From Methanobacteriota archaeon (GTDB taxonomy: Archaea; Methanobacteriota; Methanobacteria; Methanobacteriales; Methanobacteriaceae), in assembly GCA_963787255.1 (NCBI GenBank), contig CAWBCJ010000025.1:256001-320000 (forward strand): DNA of 64,000 nucleotides, given 5' to 3'. Both the position numbers and the translations under genes were made by a program. Below, piece after piece: positions 33,670 through 43,111 of this stretch. Positions within the stretch are counted from its first letter, which is position 1; every line of letters starts with the position of its first letter. The notes under the pieces were generated by a model. The model had not been told where the DNA came from, did no database searches, and saw nothing but the letters and a program-made list of their open reading frames with translations.

Positions 33670-36258
33670 ATGATACAAAAACAGGAAAAACTTTACAAGG
33701 ATAGTTCAATTTATAAATTATTACATCCCTGGGTTAAAGAATGGTTTAAAAGTAAATTTGAAGGATTTACAGAAGCACAAAAATATGCAATAATGGATAT
33801 TCATAAGGGAAACAATGCCCTTATTTCGTCTCCTACAGGTTCAGGTAAAACGCTCACTGCTTTTCTTTCCATAATAAGTCAGTTAACCATGATGTCTGAT
33901 ATAGGCAAGCTTGAAGATAAGGTGTATTGTATCTATATTTCTCCATTGAAGGCTCTTGACAACGATATTGAAAAGAACTTGGAGGAACCCCTTCGCGAAA
34001 TTGAAAGAATTGCAGGAAAAAAGCTTGGTATTAGAAAGGCTGTTCGAACAGGTGATACTAGTCAGTACGAAAGGACAAAAATGCTTAAAAAGCCACCGCA
34101 TATATTGATCACCACTCCAGAAACATTATCCATTCTACTTTGTGCTCCAAAGTTTAGAGAAAAAATTAAAGATGTGGGATATGTTATAGTAGATGAAATT
34201 CACTCCCTTGCAGATAATAAAAGGGGAGTTCACCTTAATTTAACCTTAGAAAGGCTTCAAAACCTTTCAGGAGGATTTACAAGGATAGGGCTTAGTGCAA
34301 CCGTTTCCCCTCTTGAAAAGATGGCTAAATATTTAGTTGGTTACCAGGATGGGTTCCCACGGGATTGTAAAATTGTCGATGTGAATTATTTAAAACAGCT
34401 GGATATGGAAGTTATGTGTCCTGTTGACGACATAATAAATTCAGATCCCGAAAAAATGAACAATGCAACTTATAATCTCTTAAACGAGCTGATAAAAAAA
34501 CATAAAACCACATTAATATTTACAAATACAAGAAGCGGAACTGAAAGCATTGTTTTTAACCTTAAAAAGAGATTTAAAGGTAAATATGATGATAGTAATA
34601 TTATGACTCATCATTCATCACTTTCTAGAGAATCAAGGCTTGAAACAGAGAATAAACTAAAAAATGGTGAATTAAAGGTTGTAGTTTCTTCAACTTCCCT
34701 TGAATTAGGCATAGACATAGGTTATATAGACCTGGTTATACTTGTAAGCTCTCCAAAATCAGTATCAAGGGCTTTGCAGCGTATAGGGAGAAGCGGACAT
34801 AAATTGCATGAAAAATCAAAGGGAAGAATAATTGTTGTTAACCGTGACGATCTGGTGGAATGTTCTTTAATCTTAAAAAACGCAGTTGAAGGAAAGATAG
34901 ACGAAATAAGAATTCCTGAAAACTGTCTAGATGTTTTATCCCAGCATATATATGGTTTGGCTATTGAAGAACGGCAAGATATTGATATGACCTATGATTT
35001 AATAAAAAGAAGTTACTGTTACAGAAATCTAACTGAAAATGATTATCTAAGTGTTCTAAGTTATCTTGCAGGTGAGTATACAGATCTAGAAGATAGATAT
35101 GTCTATGCTAAAATTTGGGCTGATTATGATACCAACATGTTTGGAAAAAGGGGAAAACTTGCCAGAATGCTTTATTCAACAAATATAGGCACAATTCCAG
35201 ATAGATCTTCTGCCCGGGTTAAATGCGCTGGTCAGGTTGTAGGAAACGTAGAAGAAGCTTTTATGGAAAAACTTCAAAAGGGAGATACTTTTGTTCTTGG
35301 AGGGAAAATTTACAGGTTTAACTATGCAAGGGGAATGACTCTAAACGTTACACCTTCTTCAGGTCCGCCTAGTATCCCTTCATGGTTTTCAGAACAATTA
35401 CCACTCTCATTTGATCTTGCTCTTGAAATTCAAAGGTTTCGTGCTATAATGGAAGGAAAATTTCAGGCTGAAAGAAGTAAAGAAGAAATAATGGATTTTA
35501 TTCATGAGTATCTTTATGTGGATTATAATGCCGCCAATTCAATTTATGAGTACTTCAGAGAGCAGTATCTCTATGCATTGATTCCAAGCAGTAAAAAAAT
35601 ACTTATTGAGTATTATAAAGGATTTGGAGATAGAAAATTTGTTGTTTTCCACACATGCTTTGGAAGAAGGGTTAATGATGCACTTTCTCGTGCTGTGGCA
35701 TATATGATTGCTAAAAAATATAAAAGAGATATAATGATTTCAATATCAGATAACGGGTTTTATTTAAGTTCTGAAGGTAAAATTGGAGGTTTAGAAGGAT
35801 TTAACGACTTGAATTCAGAAAATATTGAGGAAATATTAGTTCAAGCCATTGAAAAAACTGAAACACTTGCTGGACGATTCAGACACTGCGCTGGGAGAGC
35901 ATTAATGATTCTCAGGCGTTATAAAGGAAAGGAAAAAAGTGTATCCCGACAACATATCAAGGGAAAAATACTACTGAATTTTGTTAAAGAGCTTGATAAT
36001 GACTTTTCAATACTTAAAGAAGCAAGAAGAGAAGTAATGGAAGATTTCATGGATGTTAAAAATGCAAAACGTGTTTTAAAGATGATAGAAAGCGGCCAGC
36101 TTGAAATAAAGCAGATAAATACTACTATACCTTCGCCATTTGCATTCAATCTGGTTGCACAGTGCTATTTAGATGTTTTAAAATATGAAGAACGAATTGA
36201 ATTTATAAGAAGGATGCACCAAGCCATAGTTACTGAGATTGGTGGTGAAAGTACCTGA
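33670..36258 (+). CDS. lhr: Lhr-family SF2 ATP-dependent helicase
   Basis: [22 protein letters not shown] and PSPFA motifs. Confidence 0.93.
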   Translation: MIQKQEKLYKDSSIYKLLHPWVKEWFKSKFEGFTEAQKYAIMDIHKGNNALISSPTGSGKTLTAFLSIISQLTMMSDIGKLEDKVYCIYISPLKALDNDIEKNLEEPLREIERIAGKKLGIRKAVRTGDTSQYERTKMLKKPPHILITTPETLSILLCAPKFREKIKDVGYVIVDEIHSLADNKRGVHLNLTLERLQNLSGGFTRIGLSATVSPLEKMAKYLVGYQDGFPRDCKIVDVNYLKQLDMEVMCPVDDIINSDPEKMNNATYNLLNELIKKHKTTLIFTNTRSGTESIVFNLKKRFKGKYDDSNIMTHHSSLSRESRLETENKLKNGELKVVVSSTSLELGIDIGYIDLVILVSSPKSVSRALQRIGRSGHKLHEKSKGRIIVVNRDDLVECSLILKNAVEGKIDEIRIPENCLDVLSQHIYGLAIEERQDIDMTYDLIKRSYCYRNLTENDYLSVLSYLAGEYTDLEDRYVYAKIWADYDTNMFGKRGKLARMLYSTNIGTIPDRSSARVKCAGQVVGNVEEAFMEKLQKGDTFVLGGKIYRFNYARGMTLNVTPSSGPPSIPSWFSEQLPLSFDLALEIQRFRAIMEGKFQAERSKEEIMDFIHEYLYVDYNAANSIYEYFREQYLYALIPSSKKILIEYYKGFGDRKFVVFHTCFGRRVNDALSRAVAYMIAKKYKRDIMISISDNGFYLSSEGKIGGLEGFNDLNSENIEEILVQAIEKTETLAGRFRHCAGRALMILRRYKGKEKSVSRQHIKGKILLNFVKELDNDFSILKEARREVMEDFMDVKNAKRVLKMIESGQLEIKQINTTIPSPFAFNLVAQCYLDVLKYEERIEFIRRMHQAIVTEIGGEST

Positions 36259-36298
36259 TTAAAAAAAAGAAGAAAAAATTTTAGGGAGCAATGCCCTT

Positions 36299-36607
36299 TT
36301 ATTCTGCAAAATAATGAGTGAAATCGTCTGCATCCATTTCTATAAACCATTGGCCGTTTGAAGTCACTATTGGTGTTCTTGTAATGACCATTGGGAGCAG
36401 TTCTGATTCTTCATTGTTGTCAGTGTCCATTTTGCTGCTGATTACATCTAATGTATTGGCCATGAATTCTCTTGAATCAAATCCTAATAAAATATCTCTA
36501 ACGTCCATTCCTACTTCTTCTGAAGCGTCAGGATTCTTTGCAATCTCTACGCTTTTTAAATTATTGAAAGCTCTTACTGCAATTGCTTTAAGTTCATTAT
36601 CTGTCAT
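36299..36607 (-). CDS. hypothetical protein
   Basis: Acidic ORF of about 102 aa with GGTGG SD. Confidence 0.65.
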   Translation of the reverse strand: MTDNELKAIAVRAFNNLKSVEIAKNPDASEEVGMDVRDILLGFDSREFMANTLDVISSKMDTDNNEESELLPMVITRTPIVTSNGQWFIEMDADDFTHYFAE

Positions 36608-36935
36608 AATAACCACCAAAATTAAGTTCTTATACTATTTACTAATCTCTTTTTATTTAAATAGTTTTAAACTGATATATAAAACTAACTTATTTTCTAT
36701 TATTTTTTAATTTATTTCAATTAATAGTTTCTTTTTTTTATATTTCAATTCTATTATAATAGGTATTAAAAAATTTTCTAATGAAAAATACTGTAACTTA
36801 ATAATTACATCCCATATGATTTAACCATTTTTCAAAAACCAATACTAAAGAATATCTGATTTAAGAACCTATATAAAAAATAGGTATAATGTAACTACAA
36901 ATATAAACAGAAATAATAATTAGAGGAGATTAAAA

Positions 36936-37229
36936 ATGCTTGAAAGGTTAGATAATATTATATACATGCTTTTAAGAGATTTAAAAGACGGTAATCCTGT
37001 AATAAAGCTCGCCCAAAGAGAGGATACTTTTGAAGGCCAATCACGTACTTATCTTTACATTTATATTGAAGTAAGCAGGGATTTTAAGCTTAAAATTTCT
37101 TATCTTGCAGAACTAGAAGAAATGTTTGGAAATGATGTTTCATTTGTTCAAACTGTTGCCTCAGGATGTAATATCATAAAAACAAAAATTCCACTGGAGA
37201 GCATTAAACATTTTGAAGAGGAAGAATGA
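36936..37229 (+). CDS. hypothetical protein
   Basis: 97 aa ORF with GAGGAG SD. Confidence 0.7.
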   Translation: MLERLDNIIYMLLRDLKDGNPVIKLAQREDTFEGQSRTYLYIYIEVSRDFKLKISYLAELEEMFGNDVSFVQTVASGCNIIKTKIPLESIKHFEEEE

Positions 37230-37318
37230 ATTTTAAAATATTTTCAATAAATTATTCAAATTTCATATATCTTTAATATATTATGAAATTTATAATATTA
37301 CAAAAAAGAGGTGTCTCT

Positions 37319-37969
37319 ATGGTTAATTTAGAAATAAAAAAAGCTGAAAAAAATACAGAAGAATATAAAACAAAATTTCTAAATGAACTAAAACCAGGGG
37401 AAGAGATAAAAGGCGAAATACATATAGGAGAGATTAAAAAGAGGCAAATAAAAAACAAAGATGTGGAAGAATTTTTTATTATACTTACAGACCATGAAAA
37501 ACATGAAAAATGGATTTGTGGTATAGTTACTTCATATTATCCTGAAACCGGCAACATTTACGGCGAAAAAAATGGTAGAGTTTACAGTTTAATTGATAGC
37601 CTAAATCATGTCCTTAACGGCACACCTAGAAATGTTGAAGATAGTTATTCCGTTAAATTTGACACTTTCCAAAAAAATATCAACCAAAATGTGAATAAAG
37701 TCAAAATTAAAGCTGTTCAATCATGGGAACCTGGTGCTAAAGCAGTTAATTTAGAGGTTATTGATGCAGAACTATTAAAAGTAGAAGAATCTCAACAAAT
37801 AAAAAATTTGGCAGCTACAAGCAATGCTATTAAATTAGCATACAATAACCTTAGAGGTAAAGATATAAACAAAAAATCAGTAGCTTTTGAACTTAAACAC
37901 TTATTAGATAAAGAAGAAATAATGAAAACAGAATTTAAAGATGCTTTAAAGGAACTGGATAAATTATAG
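37319..37969 (+). CDS. hypothetical protein
   Basis: GAGGTG SD before ATG 37319; host-like codon usage. Confidence 0.7.
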   Translation: MVNLEIKKAEKNTEEYKTKFLNELKPGEEIKGEIHIGEIKKRQIKNKDVEEFFIILTDHEKHEKWICGIVTSYYPETGNIYGEKNGRVYSLIDSLNHVLNGTPRNVEDSYSVKFDTFQKNINQNVNKVKIKAVQSWEPGAKAVNLEVIDAELLKVEESQQIKNLAATSNAIKLAYNNLRGKDINKKSVAFELKHLLDKEEIMKTEFKDALKELDKL

Positions 37970-37996
37970 TTTAAAAATAATTTTTTTCTCTTTGGC

Positions 37997-38308
37997 TTAT
38001 CTGCTTTTTCCATTTTGGCAGAAGTAAAGTTCAGGATCTCCAATTTTTAAATCATTTTCCTTCCAGACATCACATTCTTTACATCTGCATCGTTTCTTAG
38101 GGTTTAAATCTTTACAAAGTGCTTCTCCTGTAGAACAGTACATTCCAGGAACCCTATCCCTTTCAAAATATATTCCACTTTCGCTGCTCCATGCTATTTC
38201 CAGCATCATCCTTTTTTTACCTTCTACGCACACACTTTCAGCCTGAACTGGGCATTCTGGACATAAGCATCTCTTAATATTTTTAACATTAAATTCAACT
38301 TTTGGTAT
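37997..38308 (-). CDS. DUF2769-like Cys-rich protein (ATA start)
   Basis: Frame extends upstream of the predicted GTG through CLCPECPVQ to ATA 38308, 7 nt after GGAGG; paralogous to 42203-42511. Confidence 0.8.
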   Translation of the reverse strand: MPKVEFNVKNIKRCLCPECPVQAESVCVEGKKRMMLEIAWSSESGIYFERDRVPGMYCSTGEALCKDLNPKKRCRCKECDVWKENDLKIGDPELYFCQNGKSR

Positions 38309-38364
38309 TTCTAATCCTCCCTTGAATGTTTAACAACTTTTTTGGATTAATACATTATTTTTTT

Positions 38365-38643
38365 TTAGGTTGCACTTTCTTTAATGTCCTCTGTCACTTT
38401 ATCGTAGTATCCTTTAAATTCTTCGATTTGATTAACCTTATTTGTTTCAGTTAAATTGTATTTGGATTTATCAAGCTCTAAAACTATGTATATTTCGTTC
38501 CTGTTACTATTTTGTTTATCTACATAAGCTTTGTCTTTATACTCTTTTAATTCCACGTCTATTTCGTCCATAGAGTTAAAAAGCCATCCATCATCTACAA
38601 ATTCAAAAACATTTTCTTTTATATTTCTATTTAGAGTTAACAT
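38365..38643 (-). CDS. hypothetical protein
   Basis: 92 aa ORF directly downstream of 38656-39012, likely co-transcribed. Confidence 0.65.
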   Translation of the reverse strand: MLTLNRNIKENVFEFVDDGWLFNSMDEIDVELKEYKDKAYVDKQNSNRNEIYIVLELDKSKYNLTETNKVNQIEEFKGYYDKVTEDIKESAT

Positions 38644-38655
38644 TTTTTATCACTT

Positions 38656-39012
38656 TTAGTACCTAATTGCCCTGTATTCCTCATTTAAGATTACTTGCCT
38701 TTTGTGTGTTGCTTCTTCTTTTTTAGTTGCATGATTTGCATCGTCCATATAGACATTTAATTTAAACATTCCGCCTTCTTTAAAGGGGCCAACTGTTAGG
38801 TCTGAACGTTTATCTTTAGCTGTAAATTTTAAACGGGATGCTTGGTTTGGATTTACTTTATTTCCTTCGTTATCTTCATATTCGACATTTCCTTCTGCAT
38901 ATGTTGATGGTATGCGGAGTTTGGAAGCAGGTATTTTGGAAGGAACTTTTATTTTTTCGGGAATTGGTACCATTTTAATTTTACGTATTTTTTCCATTCC
39001 TTTAGAAGCCAT
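38656..39012 (-). CDS. hypothetical protein with internal duplication
   Basis: AGGTGA SD; two Y.D..(G/N)......A units. Confidence 0.65.
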   Translation of the reverse strand: MASKGMEKIRKIKMVPIPEKIKVPSKIPASKLRIPSTYAEGNVEYEDNEGNKVNPNQASRLKFTAKDKRSDLTVGPFKEGGMFKLNVYMDDANHATKKEEATHKRQVILNEEYRAIRY

Positions 39013-39436
39013 AAATATCACCTACAAATAATTTTTAATACTTATTATACATTTATTAATATTTCTAATTAACTATGAAAAATAAAATTTAGACGATGCC
39101 CATAAAAGTAAAAGGAATTTATAATTTTATTATAAATTAAAAAAATAGTGTTAATTATGCTTTTTCATTTTTAATCATAGAATTAATTCTTATTTTTTTT
39201 AATTAAATCCTGTCTCCATAATAATGTTCTATTAGTTTTAATTATTTTTGAAAGACTGGTGTATTGTGATTATTTATTATTTGGAAAAATGAGGATAAAT
39301 TAGTTGCTTAGGGTATATGTATTTAGCTAAATACTGCTATTTCTACAATTTTTTATTTGTTGCTTCTTTTAATGTTGATTTGCTTGTTGTGGTGATGGTG
39401 TTTTGGGTTATGTTGTGTGTTTTTTGTAATTTTTTG

Positions 39437-39466
39437 GTACTTCGTAATGGTAATGTTACGCACAAG
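39437..39466. repeat. putative recombination site 1 (CGTAA-N8-TTACG)
   Basis: GTACTTCGTAA TGGTAATG TTACGCACAAG, preceded by a GT-rich tract. Confidence 0.5.
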
Positions 39467-39690
39467 ATCATAATATGAATTAAAATGTATGCATTTATGG
39501 ACACCAAAAGGAGAGGCCTAAAGTGGCGTCCACAGGTACTTAATAACCATATATTACTGAGTTGTAAAGTAAACCTCACTTAATCCGTCAATTTGAACCC
39601 TTTTTTTCAAGGCCAAAATCTTTAAATCGGTAAATTTATTAATTTCTAAGCTTATATTAATATAAAATGGAAATAATTAGGAGGTAACTT

Positions 39691-40185
39691 ATGAAAAAAG
39701 CAACTCTTAATCAACAAAAGCACGATCCGGACAAGACAGAAGAGATTAAAACAATGTTACGTTGTACCCCGTTTCTTTTGTTTGATGGAAACTGCGCCGA
39801 GGCAATGACGTTCTATCAAAAATGTCTTGGCGGAGGTTTAACTCTTACGAAACTTGGCGATACTTCCATGAAGGCCCAGTTTCCACCAGAGAAGCACAAC
39901 AGGATTATCAATGCTCATCTTAAGAGTGGTGCTATTGATATATCAGCTACAGATTGGATGGCTTCTCCGGCCTTAGAACCAAAACAAGGTAACATGTACG
40001 CCATATTTGTCATCGGCGAGACGTATGACGAGTTGAAAAAAGTTTTTGATAAACTCAAATATGGGGCAGAAAAAGATCGGTTTCAAGACTTGCATGATAT
40101 GCCATTTGGAACATATGGACAATTTTATGATAGATATGGTGTACAATGGATTTTCAAAAGCGATAATAAAAAAGAGTCGTTATAG
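39691..40185 (+). CDS. VOC/glyoxalase family protein (PhnB-like)
   Basis: PFLLFDGNCAEAMTFY and PFGTYGQFYDRYGVQW motifs. Confidence 0.9.
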   Translation: MKKATLNQQKHDPDKTEEIKTMLRCTPFLLFDGNCAEAMTFYQKCLGGGLTLTKLGDTSMKAQFPPEKHNRIINAHLKSGAIDISATDWMASPALEPKQGNMYAIFVIGETYDELKKVFDKLKYGAEKDRFQDLHDMPFGTYGQFYDRYGVQWIFKSDNKKESL

Positions 40186-40239
40186 TTGCTCGAATCTCCT
40201 TTGAGCAATTATCTATTAAAAGTAAAAGGTGAAAATAAT

Positions 40240-40626
40240 ATGAAAAAAGTAGAAAAAGTCGCACAAAACACCACCAAAAAAGCCGCGAATAAAGCAGACG
40301 GGGAAAGCGCCGTGCTCGCGAACATCGCTGAGATGACGGAACCGGATCGAGCCATGGGCGAGCGGCTCCATGCTATCATCAAAACCAGCGCTCCAACCCT
40401 CTCGCCGAGACTCTGGTACGGGATGCCCGCGTATGCCAAGGACGGTAATGTTGTCTGCTTCTTCCAAAGTGCACAGAAGTTCAAAACGAGGTACGCGACG
40501 TTCGGCTTCAGCGACAAGGCGAACCTCGACGAAGGCAACTTGTGGCCGGTCGCTTTCGCGCTGAAGGAGTTGACCGCCGCTGAAGAGGCGATGATCGCCG
40601 CGCTAGTGAAGAAAGCAGTGAGCTGA
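40240..40626 (+). CDS. DUF1801/YdhG-like protein, high GC, horizontally acquired
   Basis: [26 protein letters not shown] motif; AGGTGA SD before ATG 40240; 58-62% GC in two 60-nt lines counted. Confidence 0.88.
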   Translation: MKKVEKVAQNTTKKAANKADGESAVLANIAEMTEPDRAMGERLHAIIKTSAPTLSPRLWYGMPAYAKDGNVVCFFQSAQKFKTRYATFGFSDKANLDEGNLWPVAFALKELTAAEEAMIAALVKKAVS

Positions 40627-40725
40627 GGACCTATTTTATTAAAAATTCATAATGTAATGATAAATTAAATTCAGTGATCAGAATTTATCTAAAATGAAGA
40701 TTTTTTTTGTATTTTTAGTGTAGTT

Positions 40726-40753
40726 GTACTTTGTTATAAACGATTAGCGAAAG
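40726..40753. repeat. putative degenerate recombination site 2
   Basis: GTACTTTGTTA TAAACGAT TAGCGAAAG aligns with site 1 and has the same 8-bp spacer. Confidence 0.4.
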
Positions 40754-40819
40754 GTCGTTTAATTTTTTTTTAGTGAACTGCAATGATACTGAAAATGTTG
40801 GAATTTTTAGTGGATTTTT

Positions 40820-40847
40820 ACTTCGTTAAACAATTCTATAACGAAGT
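40820..40847. repeat. 28-bp dif-like palindrome (11-6-11)
   Basis: ACTTCGTTAAA CAATTC TATAACGAAGT; arms are 10/11 complementary. Confidence 0.6.
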
Positions 40848-41024
40848 TCAACAAAAAATCCTCCTAAAAAACACAAAAAATCAACAACTTTAATCAAAAA
40901 CACAACAATTGAAAAAATATTTGATAATTTTAAAATTTATAAGTAATTCTGAAATTTTATATTGTTATTTTAAATCAACTTACAGCAAAAAAATAATTCA
41001 AACAGAACCCTACAAACACTCCAA

Positions 41025-41187
41025 CTAATCACGCATCACAGAAACCATAACACACAACCGACCATTCTGATCCTTCAATTCCTGATAATTCATCTTTAAT
41101 TCCCTGTAATCAGATATACTGACCGGTGGCTTAACATCAGTTATAGTTTACATGCTCTATGTACTGCAAGTATACTGCCTTTAAAAT
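41025..41187 (-). pseudogene. probable C-terminal remnant of a tyrosine integrase
   Basis: Minus strand reads ILKAVYLQYIEHV/TITDVKPPVSISDYRELKMNYQELKDQNGRL (one indel). By eye it resembles the post-catalytic tail and coiled coil of methanogen integrases; no catalytic residues remain. Confidence 0.4.
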
Positions 41188-41502
41188 TATACGTAATGGT
41201 CAAGTAGTAGGCATCTCTTGCACTGTTGTTATATTTATGTTAGAAATTTCTATTTGTATAACCTTTATATTTATCTATGATTGGTGTAATGTGCTTGTTT
41301 TTATGATTTTAGTTTTTTTTTGTATGTTAAAAAATAATGGATTATTATAGGGGTATGGTGAATAATGTTTCATAAATATTTTGAAAAACTATTCTTTTTT
41401 TTATTTAAAATTTTATTTGGAATTAATTAATAAAAAATATTAGAAAATTATTATTATAGTTTCAACAAAAATAATATTATAAATTATATGGATGTGAAAA
41501 TC

Positions 41503-41787
41503 GTGAAATATATTGTTTTGGGGAAATGGACAGATCAAGGAAGGAAAACTATTCCAGATATAGAAAAAAGAGTTGAAACTGCACGAAATTTAACAGAAAA
41601 ACAAAATGGGAGTATGAACCTTTACTTTACCATGGGCGAATACGATTTTGTAGCAATAATTGATATGCCCAACGAAGAGAATATGGTAGAAATTCTCATG
41701 AAACTTAACGCTATGGACAATTTTGCAACAAAAACCCTTAAAGCTTGGACTGATTCTGAATTCGTGAAAATGGTTTCAAAACTTTAA
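41503..41787 (+). CDS. GYD domain protein
   Basis: KYIVLGKWTDQG...YFTMGEYDFV...TKTLKAW. Confidence 0.88.
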   Translation: MKYIVLGKWTDQGRKTIPDIEKRVETARNLTEKQNGSMNLYFTMGEYDFVAIIDMPNEENMVEILMKLNAMDNFATKTLKAWTDSEFVKMVSKL

Positions 41788-41874
41788 AAAATCAACTAAA
41801 AAATGATAGATCTCTTGCTTGATGGTCAGGCAGAAAAAATCATATGATTAAAATTTTCTTTTTTAATTTTAAGT

Positions 41875-41895
41875 CGTTATGGCGCTATTATTACG
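41875..41895. repeat. putative recombination site (CGTTA-N11-TTACG)
   Basis: Right arm TTACGCAGAA matches site 1 TTACGCACAA; T-rich left flank and A-rich right flank. Confidence 0.4.
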
Positions 41896-42202
41896 CAGAA
41901 ACAGAAAAAAATTAGCTCAAAAAAATAGCTAGCTCTTTAATAAAACTGCAACATAATTAGAAAAATAATATTTAACTCATTTGATTAATTTTATTGGATA
42001 ATCCATTATACTGAATTTATCATGCTCAATTCTACATTCACGTAGTTTCTTATCTATTAATATGGATACATTCATGCATTTTACGTACCATGGCTTCGGT
42101 TACTTCCAATTTATTCACCATAACTGTAATGGTTGATATTTTAGGTTGATTGTGTTAAAGAGCAAATGTAAATAGAGTAATTAATAAGTTTTTTAGTTGT
42201 AA

Positions 42203-42511
42203 TTATCGTGCTTCAAATTTCACGCAGAAATATTCACCAGGTTCCCCTTCACCAAGTTTATATTCCTTCCAGATATCACAGCCACTACACTGACATGCCT
42301 GTTCTGAATCGAAGTCTTTACATTCAGATTTTCCGGTTACGCAATATAGTCCGGGAATTTCTTGTGGATTGGATATATTTTCTTCTTGCATTAATTCTTT
42401 TTCTATCATATTTTCGATTTTTTCATCAGCGCATTGACTTTTACTTTGAACTGGACATTCTGGACAAATACATTTTTGAAGATTCTCAATAGTTAAGTCT
42501 ATATCAACCAA
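42203..42511 (-). CDS. DUF2769-like Cys-rich protein
   Basis: CICPECPVQ...LYCVTGKSEC...CQCSGC..W...YFC. Confidence 0.85.
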   Translation of the reverse strand: MVDIDLTIENLQKCICPECPVQSKSQCADEKIENMIEKELMQEENISNPQEIPGLYCVTGKSECKDFDSEQACQCSGCDIWKEYKLGEGEPGEYFCVKFEAR

Positions 42512-42647
42512 ATTAACACCCCTATATGTTATTTTTACTTTTATACTTAATATGATTAAATTTAAGTTACAATTTACAGATATAATAAATAAAAGTGAAT
42601 TAACATAAAAATAATATTTATTATAGAATTTTCAGGAATGGATAAAA

Positions 42648-43109
42648 ATGGAAAGAAGTTATGATGATGAGTTAAAAGACCGTAATTACGGTGATTATAT
42701 TTTTGAAACTCCTTACTGGATTATTTTTCTAGCACCAAACCAAAGTAATATAGGAACATGTGTTGTTGCCTTAAAAAGACATTATGGAACCCTAGATGGT
42801 TTAATAGATGATGAATGGCTTGATTTTGGTAATATTGTTAAAAATTTAGAACGTTCCTTAAAAGAATTATTTAAACCGACCATGTTTAATTGGGGTGCGC
42901 TTATGAACGCGGATTACTTAAAAGAAAATCCCGATCCACATATTCATTGGCATTTCATACCACGTTACAGGCATAAGGTTGAATTTGAAGGTTTTATCTT
43001 TGATGATCAGTATTTTGGCTCTATGCATCCAAGGCCAATTATGGAAGTTCCAGAAAATGTTAGAATAAAGATTATTGAAAAGATTAAAGAAAAATTGGAA
43101 CTGAGGTAA
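42648..43109 (+). CDS. HIT family hydrolase
   Basis: PHIHWHFIPRY histidine triad. Confidence 0.9.
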   Translation: MERSYDDELKDRNYGDYIFETPYWIIFLAPNQSNIGTCVVALKRHYGTLDGLIDDEWLDFGNIVKNLERSLKELFKPTMFNWGALMNADYLKENPDPHIHWHFIPRYRHKVEFEGFIFDDQYFGSMHPRPIMEVPENVRIKIIEKIKEKLELR

Positions 43110-43111
43110 TA

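Noticed and set aside
39343-39579. 78-aa minus-strand ORF and the similar 41159-41350 ORF
   Set aside because: Products of low-complexity GT/AC-skewed flanks crossing the palindromic sites; no SD and no recognisable motif.
40209-40564. Overlapping alternative ORFs within the DUF1801 gene
   Set aside because: Expected shadow ORFs in stop-poor GC-rich DNA.
39437-42145. CRISPR array or classical integron
   Set aside because: The repeats are degenerate, irregularly spaced and separated by genes; there are no cas genes, no intI and no RYYYAAC/GTTRRRY attC boxes.
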